From Lingula anatina (taxonomy: Eukaryota > Animalia > Brachiopoda), in assembly GCA_051362555.1 (NCBI GenBank), contig CM120648.1, positions 3,778,587 to 3,842,586 on the forward strand: a stretch of DNA of 64,000 bases, given 5' to 3'. The notes beneath the pieces are model-generated. The model worked only from the letters and a program-made list of their open reading frames with translations. It searched no databases and was not told where the DNA came from. Shown here in pieces: positions 1 through 11,948 of this stretch. Positions within the stretch are counted from its first letter, which is position 1. Each line of letters begins with the position of its first letter. Both the position numbers and the translations under genes were made by a program.

Positions 1-859
1 ACATCCTCAAGATGTCAAACTAAATGCATAATGCTATCTGTCTTTACATCTTCAAGATGTCAGCTGACCAGCAGCATTAGATAATTGTTACAGTATCAAT
101 ATATTTGATATAAACATAAGAATATAGTTTAAAAGTAATTTTGACTTTCAATCCTTTTAAATATTTTTCTTTAAGTTTGCAACTATAGTTTTTCTTTCCC
201 CCGAAAATAAAAAATAAAAAATCACCTTGCGTTTCATTTTGGTGATTATTAGTTACAGCTGGGTTCTATTGAGAATTATTCTGAAACCTTTAAAGTCTAC
301 ATACAACTTAAGGTGTGAAGAATCATCCACAATATAACAAAAAAGTAGCAGCACTGTTCCATAATATTAAAAGAGGAATCGAAAGATATTCGAAATGTAC
401 GCAGATGTTCCTCCTTGCTATATGGACACAATGCTGAACTTTTGGAGAAAACCCTAAGTTAATTAATCCCAAAAGAAGTAAAATTTCTCTCCAGGCACTG
501 CTGAATGTAAGATCTCTGAAAGAACTGATGGCGATGACAAAAATCAAATATTTAAGTTATCAAGGTAAAGGGTGGTTGTGGAGTCATACTTAATTTTGAC
601 TCCTCTTTCTCCCCCTTATCCAAAAAAATTATCAAATGGGCTTGGAGTGTACAATTTCTCTTCTTTTGGGAATGGCTGAATATGCCATTATGATATTGTG
701 TTGCAAAACTACACCTCTTTTGCAAACAGTAATCATTAGTTTAAGTACGTAGCTGGATACACAGATGTACCATTAATTAATGCTAATAACATTTTTTTAA
801 AAAGTATCTTTACAGATACCCCCAAGAAACAAAACGGGTATCCAATAAGTGATACAGCG

Positions 860-902
<43 letters not shown>

Positions 903-3361
903 AAGGTAAAATAATTTAATGGCATTTACAACTATTATAATATACTATTATTATGTAAGCTGGGTTTGTTAACAAGTGTTTTCCTACCAATCTTGGACGG
1001 TGTCAAATTCTCTTTGGTCCTTCACTTTTTCTTAATAAAAAGCACACCTACAGAAACAATTGGTCCCTTATTTGAAGAAATAAAATAGATCACATAGAAA
1101 ATGATAAAACTTTGATCCAATTGTAATGGCTGGATAATATGTAAACAAGTTAATATAATATCACAATAAATGTGTTTTCCTATACACACTTCTGGGACGG
1201 ATAGGCACAATAGACCACGGAATGAAGATTGTACATCACACTGGTGAATCATTATTTACTGGAAAGGAGTGAGTGAACAGCAAAAGAAGCCCCCTCCCCC
1301 CCCCCCCCCCCCCACCCCCAAGCCAAGAAGATGAGGTTCAGATTAACTACTAATAATGCCACACAGCATTTCTGACCTATTAAATATTTTGTGTAACTCA
1401 ATGCTAAAACAAGAGTGATCAATGAAAAAGGTGAGTGTCAAGATTTTGTCCAGCAGTTGAAGGGACTGGGTCTCAACTGGTAGTTCATAAAAATCATATT
1501 CATATGCTTGTCTTTGAGTGTTTTTTTTTTCTTTTGGTAAAAAAAATGTTATTAAATGATGTGGCAAAAATTCAAAAGGCCATTAAAATAGTTTCACACA
1601 AAACCTGTAAAAATTCAAGAGTTAACTGTTCAAAAACCTGCTACAAGTAATAAAACAGTTCTATTGATTAGAAAACTGTTTGCTTTGAGTGGCAGTTTCA
1701 TCATGATTCACTGTGATTGTCTGAGATTCACTCTGCGCCTAAGTCTTCATCGAACTATTATACTGCAAATAACAGATAAGCAGTGTAAACTTACAGACCA
1801 GTTCAGGAGGAGAAAGCTTTCTATTTGTTTTATGACTCATAGTTATGCTGAGTCTTAGCATGATGCCACAATGCCTTTCATACAAACTATGAATTTTCCA
1901 TCTTTTCAAATGAAATATGGACAAATCCTACTTATTTTGTCAGTTAATGCATTTCCTATTGATGGGGGAGAGGCGGGGGGGGGGGGGGGGGGGGGGGGGA
2001 GGGGGGGAGTTAGTCAGAAAACTGTGCCCAGTGGCTGGAATTTTGCCTTTTTAAATTGGTTTTGATAGATAGCTTGGTAAATAAGAAAAAATATATAAGT
2101 AAAAGTCCTGAAGAGAAAAAGCTCTGACTGCTGACGTTTCAATTTCTGGTAAATAAAAAAAATCGATTGAAAATAGCATTGAGATATCTGTTTAATAATC
2201 AATGAGTCACTTCTTTTTATGAAACTCAACCAACCATTAAAGTGAAACTTGAGATAAAGTGCACAAAACAAAGCTTCACAGAAATGTGTCATAGATCGAG
2301 ATTATAGGGCAGTCGGACTATTCAGTTATTACGTGTTGCTTATAGCACTTTCAATCTAAGTCCGTACTTTAAAGGGAGAAGAGATTCACGGCCCATTATC
2401 ATTAAATATTGATGACAAATATCCAACTTCAATGAAATAGCTCTCACAAACTGACTACGTTGATCTACCTCAAAGAATAACATCCTAGGAAGGGGGGGGG
2501 GGGCAGAATTACTGTTCACCAATCAAAAAGATACCTTCTAACATCACAGTCAAATATGTACATCTTAAATATCACTAACATATGCCCCAAAACAATGACA
2601 ACAGCATCCTTGTTGACATTTATCATCATGATTATCAGCAGCATTAACTGTTGTACATAATAAACTATTGGCTGTCTTAAAGGATTTTTTACCAATTTTT
2701 GACAATATCATGATTTTACATTATTTTTGTTTATATCCTGTTCAAAATAAATATAGACAGAGTTGGCATAATTAATTATCAGAAATAATCAGAAATTGGA
2801 TCTTCATGTTCTCCTTTACAAAATATACACAATATATCATCCACATGCACCAACATGAGGCATTTGGCAAAGATAGCAGCACAAATAAATACACAATAAT
2901 AAATAATAAGTAAATTTTTGTCTATAACTTTCTTCATTATCAGAAACCTTGCCTTCAATATTGGACCCACATTATAATGCAAATCCATTACCTTCACAGA
3001 AGGAGCATTAATTGTGACCCAAAATTGAAGAATTATTTTGTCTTTTGGTGAGACATAGATGCTTGTTTCCAATAACCGTTGACAATCAGTGGACATTTAA
3101 GTAAAATAGTGTGGTTACTGCTGCTTGGGTATTGTGCAATGGCATAGAAGACCAATGATCTTAATGGACAATTTGAAGCCTTCACTGAGGCAATACCTAG
3201 GTGTAACTGTACTATCCAGATATCACAGCACAATTCTTTCTGGCATGGCTGTTCTTTCTTTTTCACAGACCAAAGTTTGAGACCCATCATCTTTCTCTGA
3301 TTGCAGTTGCGGAGTATCGAAACCTCTGACATCTGTGACCTAGCAACAGGATATTTGTGAC

Positions 3362-6172
3362 CTAGATATGGGACACCAACTCGGACAGCATCTGCGAATA
3401 GTTCTGCTCTCGACTCAAAGCAGGGAGCATCACCGACTTGTCACCCTCTCGTAATGTCACCACATGCAATTGTGACGAGTGTCCCAAACCACTGTAGCCC
3501 TGCTGCTTGCTACTCTCCAATGAGAGTTGTGGAAATAGTTTTTCTGCCACTGCGTCCATGATGAAGGGGTCCTCTCCAGTTACAAACGCTTTTCCTTGGG
3601 TTGAATGAACCTTCTTTGGTCTGCAATTTTTGGAATAAATTCTTATAAATTGACATGATAAAATTTAATCAATTATTAATAAGCATAAAATTTTGGAAAA
3701 GGTTAAGGTATACTATACAATTAATAAACAAAAAAATTGTTTAAACTTTTAATTAACTCAAGGCAATTCATTTAATGATGACTATCCTGAGCTCCATACG
3801 GATCTGATGCATGTCAACTTCCTTTCTTCCATTCATGTTATGTGTTAATTTACTGTTAAATGGACATAAATGTGGAAATATGAAAATGAAACTGACAAAG
3901 TCAGCCAGACCGCACATGTATCATTTCTGAATATCAGCAATTACTTATATTTATAATTTCCAATCGCTTCTCTTTTTACTTCTTATACTTAAACTTTATT
4001 TTCTGAGATTAATTATTTTCAAAAACACATGGCAGTTTACTTTCTGACAGAAAACTTAAGCCTTTCTATATGTAACACTTTGTTTGGGGAATGGGATCAT
4101 TAATTCATGCTATTTGAATTTATTGAGTAATTACTGTTACTTATGATTGATTTTCTTACATCATGCGGACACTATGGACATATTAGGTCACATAAAAACA
4201 ACACACTCATGTAATATGGCTATTTAAGATTGATTAATAAGCAAAAATAGCACTCTTAAGATTAGTTCGCACAATGCTCTTTTTTATAGTGCTCATTTAG
4301 GCACAAACTACGCATTGTTGCACATTTTCTCCATTTTCCTTACCTTCCCCTTTTTATTATGCTAGTACCGCCCTTTTTCTTCTCATCACCATAACCTTCA
4401 AAGAGTTTAAACAACAAGTCTGGGTTCCCCAGTGTGATCTTCCTCTCGGGAGGTTTAGGTGCCTTGTTTTTCTTTTCTTTTTCTTCTGGTGGAGTGACGG
4501 GTCGAACCTCTGCAATGAATTAAAGATAAGAAAATCAAGAACGACGCTTGACAATCGAAGAAGCTGACAAACACATCAGCCAAGCATGGTATTAAATAAC
4601 AATGAGATATGATAAGGATCAATTAGAAAATGGCAGATTTTAGGACATCTTGTCAATAGTTAATGACAAAGAAAGGGAGCAATGGACACAGTATTAAAGG
4701 CAAATTTACACTGGAGGGTGAGAGAAAATCAAAGATGACAGATACACATAACGGCTGCATGAACAAACAACCCAGAGAAAAACAAACAAAACAAAGAGGG
4801 ATGTTGGCTGATAAGAAAAAAAGATTATGGAAAAACAAATTTCAGAAACAGTAGAAACAGTCTGATGGCAATAAACACATATGTGTAAATGAAATTCCAA
4901 AAATTGTCATTAAAATATCAAATATATATAGAAACATTTCAGCAATGCATTTGCATCAAACATTATTAATTAACAATGTATTTGAGATTTAAGTTTCCTA
5001 TATTTGTACAAAACAAATAATTCCACATTTTTAAACTTTAAAACACTATAACCAAGTTTAAAACGTAAACTCTCCGAGTCGTCCTGTCTTGAACCAGACA
5101 TTTAACGTTTACCTGTCACATCGCTGTCCCTGTTCATTAACGGTGGAAGCACCGGATAAGCAGCACCGGGAGAAACATTGTGCGGCACGTTTGGCTGCTG
5201 AAAGAATGACTGTGGGAGAGCACGCATTCTCATAGGGAGAGGATCTGAAAATGTAAAATGATCAAAATAAGTACATATCAAATTTGACATTTAATTTAAT
5301 ATGTAGCTGCTGAGAGAATGACTGTGGGAGAGCACGCATTCTCATAAGGAGAGGCTCTGAAAATGTAAAATAACAATGATTTAATACAAGTGTCATTATG
5401 ACTTACTAGTATATGAACAGCAAAACTATATCATTAGAATAACAAAGATGTCCTTCCTATTATCACCCCATGCCTCTTTCATATAAAGATCTTACATCTA
5501 TCTATTTTTATTCTATACATTAATTATTTTTATTTTTATTTATTTATTTATTTTTTTTGAAAAGTATCTATCTATTTTTATTCCATACATTAATCATTTT
5601 TATTTATTTATTATTATTATTATAATTTTTTTTTTTTTTTTGAAAAGTATGGGGACTATGACATCATCCACAACTGCACTGTTAACTCTTCATGAAGAAT
5701 TCATTTTCTCCCCTGCCCCCCCCCCCCCCTTCTTGTGCTCCTCTCAATCCGTCCTGATGGAAAACTCCTGGTAGTGGCATATTAAAATTGCATAATGTGA
5801 ACGGGAATACTTCATATCACCTTGTGGATGTGTATATTATACATCCATAATACATTTAATGGCAAAATCAATGCTTAGGGTAATTACCTACATCTATAAA
5901 ACGCCTCACATTTAAGGATTCTCATTTAATTATCTTTTGTTTGAGTATATCATTTTCAGCTTAAAAATATACAAAGAAAAAGAAAAAAATGAAAAGAAAC
6001 ATACATATTTCTGTCATGATGACAGCTTACTAGTAATTTCAGATCTGGGGCATAAGTAACAAAAATTGTGTTGAGAAGTCCAATCAATTTTGTATTGCAA
6101 TCTTGAGTAATTACTCAGTACCATATATGAGTGCATCTTTGAGGGAAAAACTCCAAGTGTGTAAGTGCATGC

Positions 6173-6220
<48 letters not shown>

Positions 6221-9200
6221 CCATCCATGCAAGCACAATTGTGTGCAACAAGGTGAAAAAAATAATTACTGAAAAGTGTACAAAACAACACTCATGGCAA
6301 CACCCAGGAGATAGATACCCCCCCCCCCCCCACCTCCCACTCCTCTTTTCAATTTAAATGAACTTCTATATCTAAATCTGTTCAATAAGAGAATTTGTTA
6401 ACATGACTGCACCAATTTCATTTTTATTTCCTCTGATGTATGCCCTTTAAATTCAGCATTCACCATGCTTTTCAAATTTGTATAGTATGAGAAATTGTTA
6501 AATTAAATGTAAGAATTGAAAGCTCTCCATGCAATGACTCTACATACGCACAGTACAAGTTTATTCAACAAAAATAAACTGCAGCTATTTTAGGAGTAAT
6601 CAATGGTGTATTGAGAATGGTTACACAACCACTAATAGTACAATACACAACCTTTTTTTCAATTTGCAAGTCATGATCTGACTTTGAATTCATATACTGA
6701 CATGCTTAAATGCATGTTAAGGTGTTACCGGGGTAGGTATGTCCATAACTTGCATATATGGCAAATGATAAATTTAAGTTATTCATATTAAATCCTTTGG
6801 CAGCATTTCATCATTATACCTATTGATTAATAAAAAATTGATCAATAAAAGAGATATCAGCCTAAAAAACTGCATAGAAAACAGATACTGATACTGGAAT
6901 GCATTTTAATCCTTTCTTAAGGTGACAAGATAAGAGATAAGACTTCAAATTGCATTTAAGTTACAAGCATGCTCTATTTGTGGCTTGGGCTATCTTTTAA
7001 CTACCATGATAGTACAAATATGATTTTACTTTTTTTGTCAAATAACTTTTTTAAAAAGAAAAAAGAAGCCAGGATTGGTAAGCTTGCTGCTACATTAATG
7101 ACGAAATTGCCAATACTCATTTATTTTCTGCCAAACAGGCAATAATGCTAATTCACACTGGCAACTGACATCATAAATAATTATGAGAGCACCAACCTCT
7201 TCCAAAGCAGCTCAGCTATCATTAATATACTAATTAATTGATCACTAGCAAGATCTCATCAAGTCTAAGTCAGCCAATTTCTGAGCAATTTTGAAAATTT
7301 CATCAAAATCTGTCCATAAATGTTTGAGTTAGGCTGGTGATGAACAAACCAATAAAGGGGAAAAAACACCCTGGTAGAAATAATCAACACAGTTCATTTA
7401 TCTTGTCAAATGACGTGTTCTGTCGTGGCGTGTACAGTATAGGCTGTTTGGACAGGATCAATAGAGGAGAGATGAGTTTGTTTCCAGACACCAAAACATC
7501 CAATATCATCAATATGTCAACATGTAATGATAAGTTGCTCCAGTATTGGTGCTCTGACTTCTCTCTCTCTCTCAATTTTTTACTGTAGGCAGTTATAGAC
7601 ACAACTTATTAAGCTGTTTGTTTTTGTTTGTTTTTTCTAATCAACAATAAATTAGCAGTCAAGAGGTATATTATTAATATCTTACTTTCTGTTTAGTCTT
7701 GCAGATAAACCTTATCAAAATTAGTCTGAAAATGTTCTTCACTAGTTGGAGATTATTGTGCACATTGGTTATTAGTATAAACTTACTTTGTGTCAGAATC
7801 TTCTGTATATCTTTTTATAAAGAAAATTGAAATATATAACTTTTACTATTATTATTATCCCACGTATTGTTTTATTTATATTTTTTTATTTCCAAATCTT
7901 ATTGATCACAGTTAGTGTATCCATGTACTAGTATCTGTATATGAAGGCTGTATCACACATTTCCGATCCGTACATGTGTAAACTAATCCTTGATTACGTA
8001 TCTTTAAACACCATTTCCTCTCCTCTTTTCCTTTATATTCTTCCTCTCAGCAGATATTTTCCAAACAAAAATGATGAAAACAATTTTTTATACACATAAA
8101 ATCAAATGAAGTATCAAGAAAGAGAGAAAGGAATGAAGCTTTTATTCATTTTTTAAGAAATTTTTTTATCGTAATCCACATGCCGGGTCACTGCTACAGG
8201 TGGGGTTTCACCAGGCGGCTTTAAATTTGATAAACAGCGATAACATTTCTATGTGTTTGGCTCAGTTTAGGATTACATCCAATTCTCTTATCGTTACCTA
8301 GCTGCCTCACTACACCAACAAACTCATGAAATGAAAATAAAATGTTGTGAATGATAAAAAAAATCACTTTGCAGATTCATTCAAAGTTAAATTCCCCAAA
8401 GCAATCACAAAGAAATCCTACACGCTTTAAATTTGACAAATGCTGATAATATTTTAAAGTGTATATGCCTGCAGGTTAGAGCTACTTCACTTATCTCAAA
8501 CCTCAACTTCTGCAACAACAAAACTTTCCATGTTGTAGCAACATGGAATTCTTCAAAGGACGAAGTCCTTGGTAAATACACACAACTCAGGCCGAACAAA
8601 ATAGCAACTAAATACCTTCTATTGTGCACAGTCTTGGAAACAGTCAATATAAAAAGTTGTGGAATTTGCTTTTGTGAATGGATCGATTACCTTTGAGCCC
8701 TTTAGGGTCAGACTAGTTACCATTTTTGTATAGTTATTTAGGGACTAGAAATGAAAACATACAAATGTACTAGTAAGGGTTTTTAGGGATTCATTTTGCC
8801 TTTTAGTATATTTCATAAGGTTAACTGCAATATATTGGTGCTAGCAATAGGGCAAAGACCGAGAAATGCAATATACTATCCGATACCATCAAATAAGATT
8901 GATGTAGTAATGCCATGTGCAACAATGGAAGAGATTTAATATTTGCACACTGGTTATTAAGTGGTATGTCACGATGTACTATGTACTAGTATTCTGTTTC
9001 CTTTACTTAACCTGTGTTGACTCAATTGTTTATCTATTTAAACATATATAAATAATATAAATGTTTATCTTTGTAACCAGCAACGACACTAGCCAAATGG
9101 CACCTCTATGTGAAATGTAAGCTTGTTCTTCAATTGCTGTTTGGATAGTTAAGTACTACAGTACTGGTTTCTGATGCAAATGTGATAAGTGCATTCATTT

Positions 9201-9935
9201 TATACATATCTCATTAAGTATCATACTGGGTATGTACAGTGTGTGTGGAAAAGTTGAACTGGAATCATACAGTACAGCTTTAAATTCCATGTCAGTAACA
9301 ATGAATTGACACCTCTTTTAGAAGCAATTGAAAATAATCTGTGCAACACCAAGATCACACTGTTATCTGAGGTGAAGACAGAAAAACTCACAGAAAATTA
9401 TCTGGAATTACATATTCTGATTCTACCACAACTTGACATAAAAATGGAAAAAATGGAAATATTTACCTTTCTTAGATTTGGGTCTTGGGGGAGTGGGTTC
9501 TCTTTTCTTCAAACCTTCCTTCATGGCTAAGATGGCTCTTTTCTTCCTCCAGCTCGGTTTCGATGCTGGAGTTTTCAAAATCTCTTGTCCATGGTGTGCG
9601 AAACCAGGCGGCCGTACATAAATAGGTCCACTGGCCGTACTACTCCCTCCAGGGGAGGCAACATTTTCATAATCCGAAGATGCATTTGGAGATGGGGTGG
9701 ACGGCGAAGACGTAGTTGTCGACGTTGATGACACCGAAATGTTTACAGCATCTCCTGCATCTTCTTCATCGCTAGAATTTGCTAAGGGTCCAGAGGGACC
9801 TCGTTTTCCCCCGCTGGGAGGACGGTTAGGAACCACAGCATAAGTGCTGGGACCTAATTTCCCTCCCGTTGTCTTTGGGACGGAACTCATGTTTGTAGAT
9901 TTGGATATGTTGTAATGAGATCTGTAGTCCTCCAT
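3362..9935 (-). CDS. FAM181/YAP-like TEAD-interacting omega-loop protein with AT-hook (341 aa, 4 coding exons)
   Basis: Exons 9935-9467, 5244-5113, 4509-4344 and 3620-3362 have GT-AG boundaries with consistent phases (1,1,2) and give an open 1026-nt frame. Exon 2 encodes PLPMRMRALPQSFFQQP (YAP omega loop is PMRLRKLPDSFFKPP). Exon 3 encodes DLLFKLF. The exon 3/4 junction encodes KRGRPKK. The C-terminus is ...NYSQMLSELVSHI*. Confidence 0.82.
5306..5371 (-). repeat. Intronic duplicate of the acceptor and first ~17 codons of the omega-loop exon
   Basis: Near-identical copy of ~5194-5259 (gaatgactgtgggagagcacgcattctcata.ggagagg.tctgaaaatgtaaaat), including the ttttcag acceptor. Confidence 0.85.
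6176..6219. repeat. (GT)n microsatellite
   Basis: Read directly. Other simple repeats: (TAA)n ~860-900, poly-C ~1290-1320, poly-G ~1975-2008, (CA)n ~22099-22130 and ~53379-53408. Confidence 0.95.
7186..7375 (-). mobile_element. Degraded copy of the non-autonomous repeat family found at 26925-27152
   Basis: gagagcaccaacctcttccaaag resembles the reverse complement of ccttggcggaggtctgcgctctc. gaaaatttcatcaaaatctgtccataa resembles the reverse complement of ttatggaccgattttgatgaaattttc. Confidence 0.55.
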
Positions 9936-11698
9936 GCAAATTTACATGGCACTTTTTAAATGAAAAAATATATATTAAACATTAGAGGTGCTAATGAAGT
10001 AATATAAGTAAGAAACTGGACGGAGTCAGCTTGTACATGTACAGTATATATACTGTATATATGGCTTCAACTTGGCTAAGAAAATACTGGCTTCAGGTTT
10101 CAGTTGATATCATTGTATTCCTCACATGGTGCTGGTGGCCCAACGATTACCACAATGTGCATCGTCCCAGCATGTTTTTTCTTCCATGGAGTTAAAATCC
10201 TTGCTGAAAGAATCTGAAAAAATCCAACTTCAGAGATCCTAGAATTGTTTCGTGTGAGATTGCCAGATAATTAAGGCAGCACAACAATCCGTTTCTGTGA
10301 TAACAACTTGCAAAAAATATGGCTTAACAGCACCGCTGGATAAATTGCAAATTAAATCTTCGATAGCAATTTTTAACACTTAGTTTCGTTGACATGCACC
10401 GATCAGCTGTTGTATGAAAATTGAGAAAGAAGTAGCGCCAATTAAAAATCCTCGCACCTTGGCAAAGTCTGCTGAGAAATGAAAGTCGTCCCGCGTCTGT
10501 TACGTCGATTATAATCTGTGTTTTCTCTCAAGGTGCTCTCGGTAATTTTTTAACCACAAATGGCCTTGATAATCGCCATTTTCTAAGGACTGTTTAGAAC
10601 TGTTGACTCGAAATTAGGTCGTCTCCATGTTGACTCTGATGTTGATTACATGCCGACGACCTTGAAAGGTTACACGGGTGGTCCACGCTGATTGGCTCAA
10701 AGCATGTGCTTGGAATAGCACAATGGGGGTAACCACAACCACAATCTGAATTTTTGCAACGCTCATGACTCAGCACCACAAATAGAAAATTACATCATGG
10801 AATGAAGTTAACCTCAAATTTTTTATGCATTGAGTTTCACTATCTTCGCGTCTTTGAAATGTGGCTTGGATTTAGGAAATTTGAAGAGAATACTTGGAAA
10901 GGACGGGCATAGGTCCTTCTCCATTCTCGAAAGAAAAACGCACTGACATAGTGCACGTGCTTTTTGGCCGGGGTGTACCAGCATAATTATGTTAACGATA
11001 CGTGATCAAAATGTATAAACAGCGTGTTTATGGTGTTGGGGGTTAAATTTCAGTCTGCTCTTGATGATGATTTTTTTTTCTTTTTTCGATAAAAACCCCG
11101 AAAACAACCTCCCTTTTGTGTATATAGGCCTATATATAGGCCTACCAGTACGTATGGGTCTTGGTGTCCATGTTCTGTGCAGCTGCTTTTTTTCCTTTCA
11201 GTAGGTAGACCTTATAGGCCTAGCTATATACATGTATATATCCATGCACAAATTGAGATTATTTTACATTACTTCTGTTTTGGATAACTTCATGAAGACC
11301 GACATGATGCCGCTTCGCAACACTGCCCGGCCCCTCCCTGTTTGCTAATGATAAAAGTGATAGAAAAATATCCCCAATCTGTGAGACAAAAATCTGAGAG
11401 TCAATAAATTAAATAAATCATGTAGAAAATACAAAGAAAAATGTTATGAAAATAATATTTTAACATCCGTTAGTATTCTGTAAAATGGCACGCGGGGATA
11501 CTGTATTTCTTTGGAAAACTATATATACCCAATGCTGCTGCCTTCTGGGACAATTTTCCAGGTAAATTCTGATTACTTTTTTCTAGCTGAAATATAATTC
11601 AACACTGCTTTGTGATGACAATTTTGTAGGCCTAATCTAGATGTACCATGTTTCTGTATATAGTACTTACTGTTAGTAAGGGATACAGGTGAATTTGT

Positions 11699-11752
11699 GT
11701 CACGACGCGACGAAAACGTCACGTGACGTGCGACATACTTACATGACGTAAT
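11699..11752. promoter_or_regulatory. CpG-rich E-box/CLEAR and CRE-like cluster upstream of the TRIM gene
   Basis: Perfect 14-bp palindrome ACGTCACGTGACGT at 11716-11729 (contains GTCACGTGAC) plus ATGACGTAA at 11743-11751, about 200 bp upstream of the ATG in an otherwise CpG-poor region. Confidence 0.45.
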
Positions 11753-11948
11753 AATGATGGGTTAGATTAGGTCACAACTGATTTAGTGGTCGTCGCGGTA
11801 ACAAGAAAAACACTGAAAACTACTTTCTGGCCATTAGTTTTTGTCTTCTCGGCCGAAAGGCAACGTTTTATTTTTTATTTTGGTTTTCAGTTGAGCTCAG
11901 CCATGCTCTGCACCACAAATAACCGATTCCATCACAGAAAGAGAAAAC

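Noticed and set aside
1-3361. Several 60-105 aa ORFs
   Set aside because: AT-rich sequence with homopolymer runs and no recognisable motifs; probably 3'UTR or intergenic DNA downstream of the omega-loop gene.
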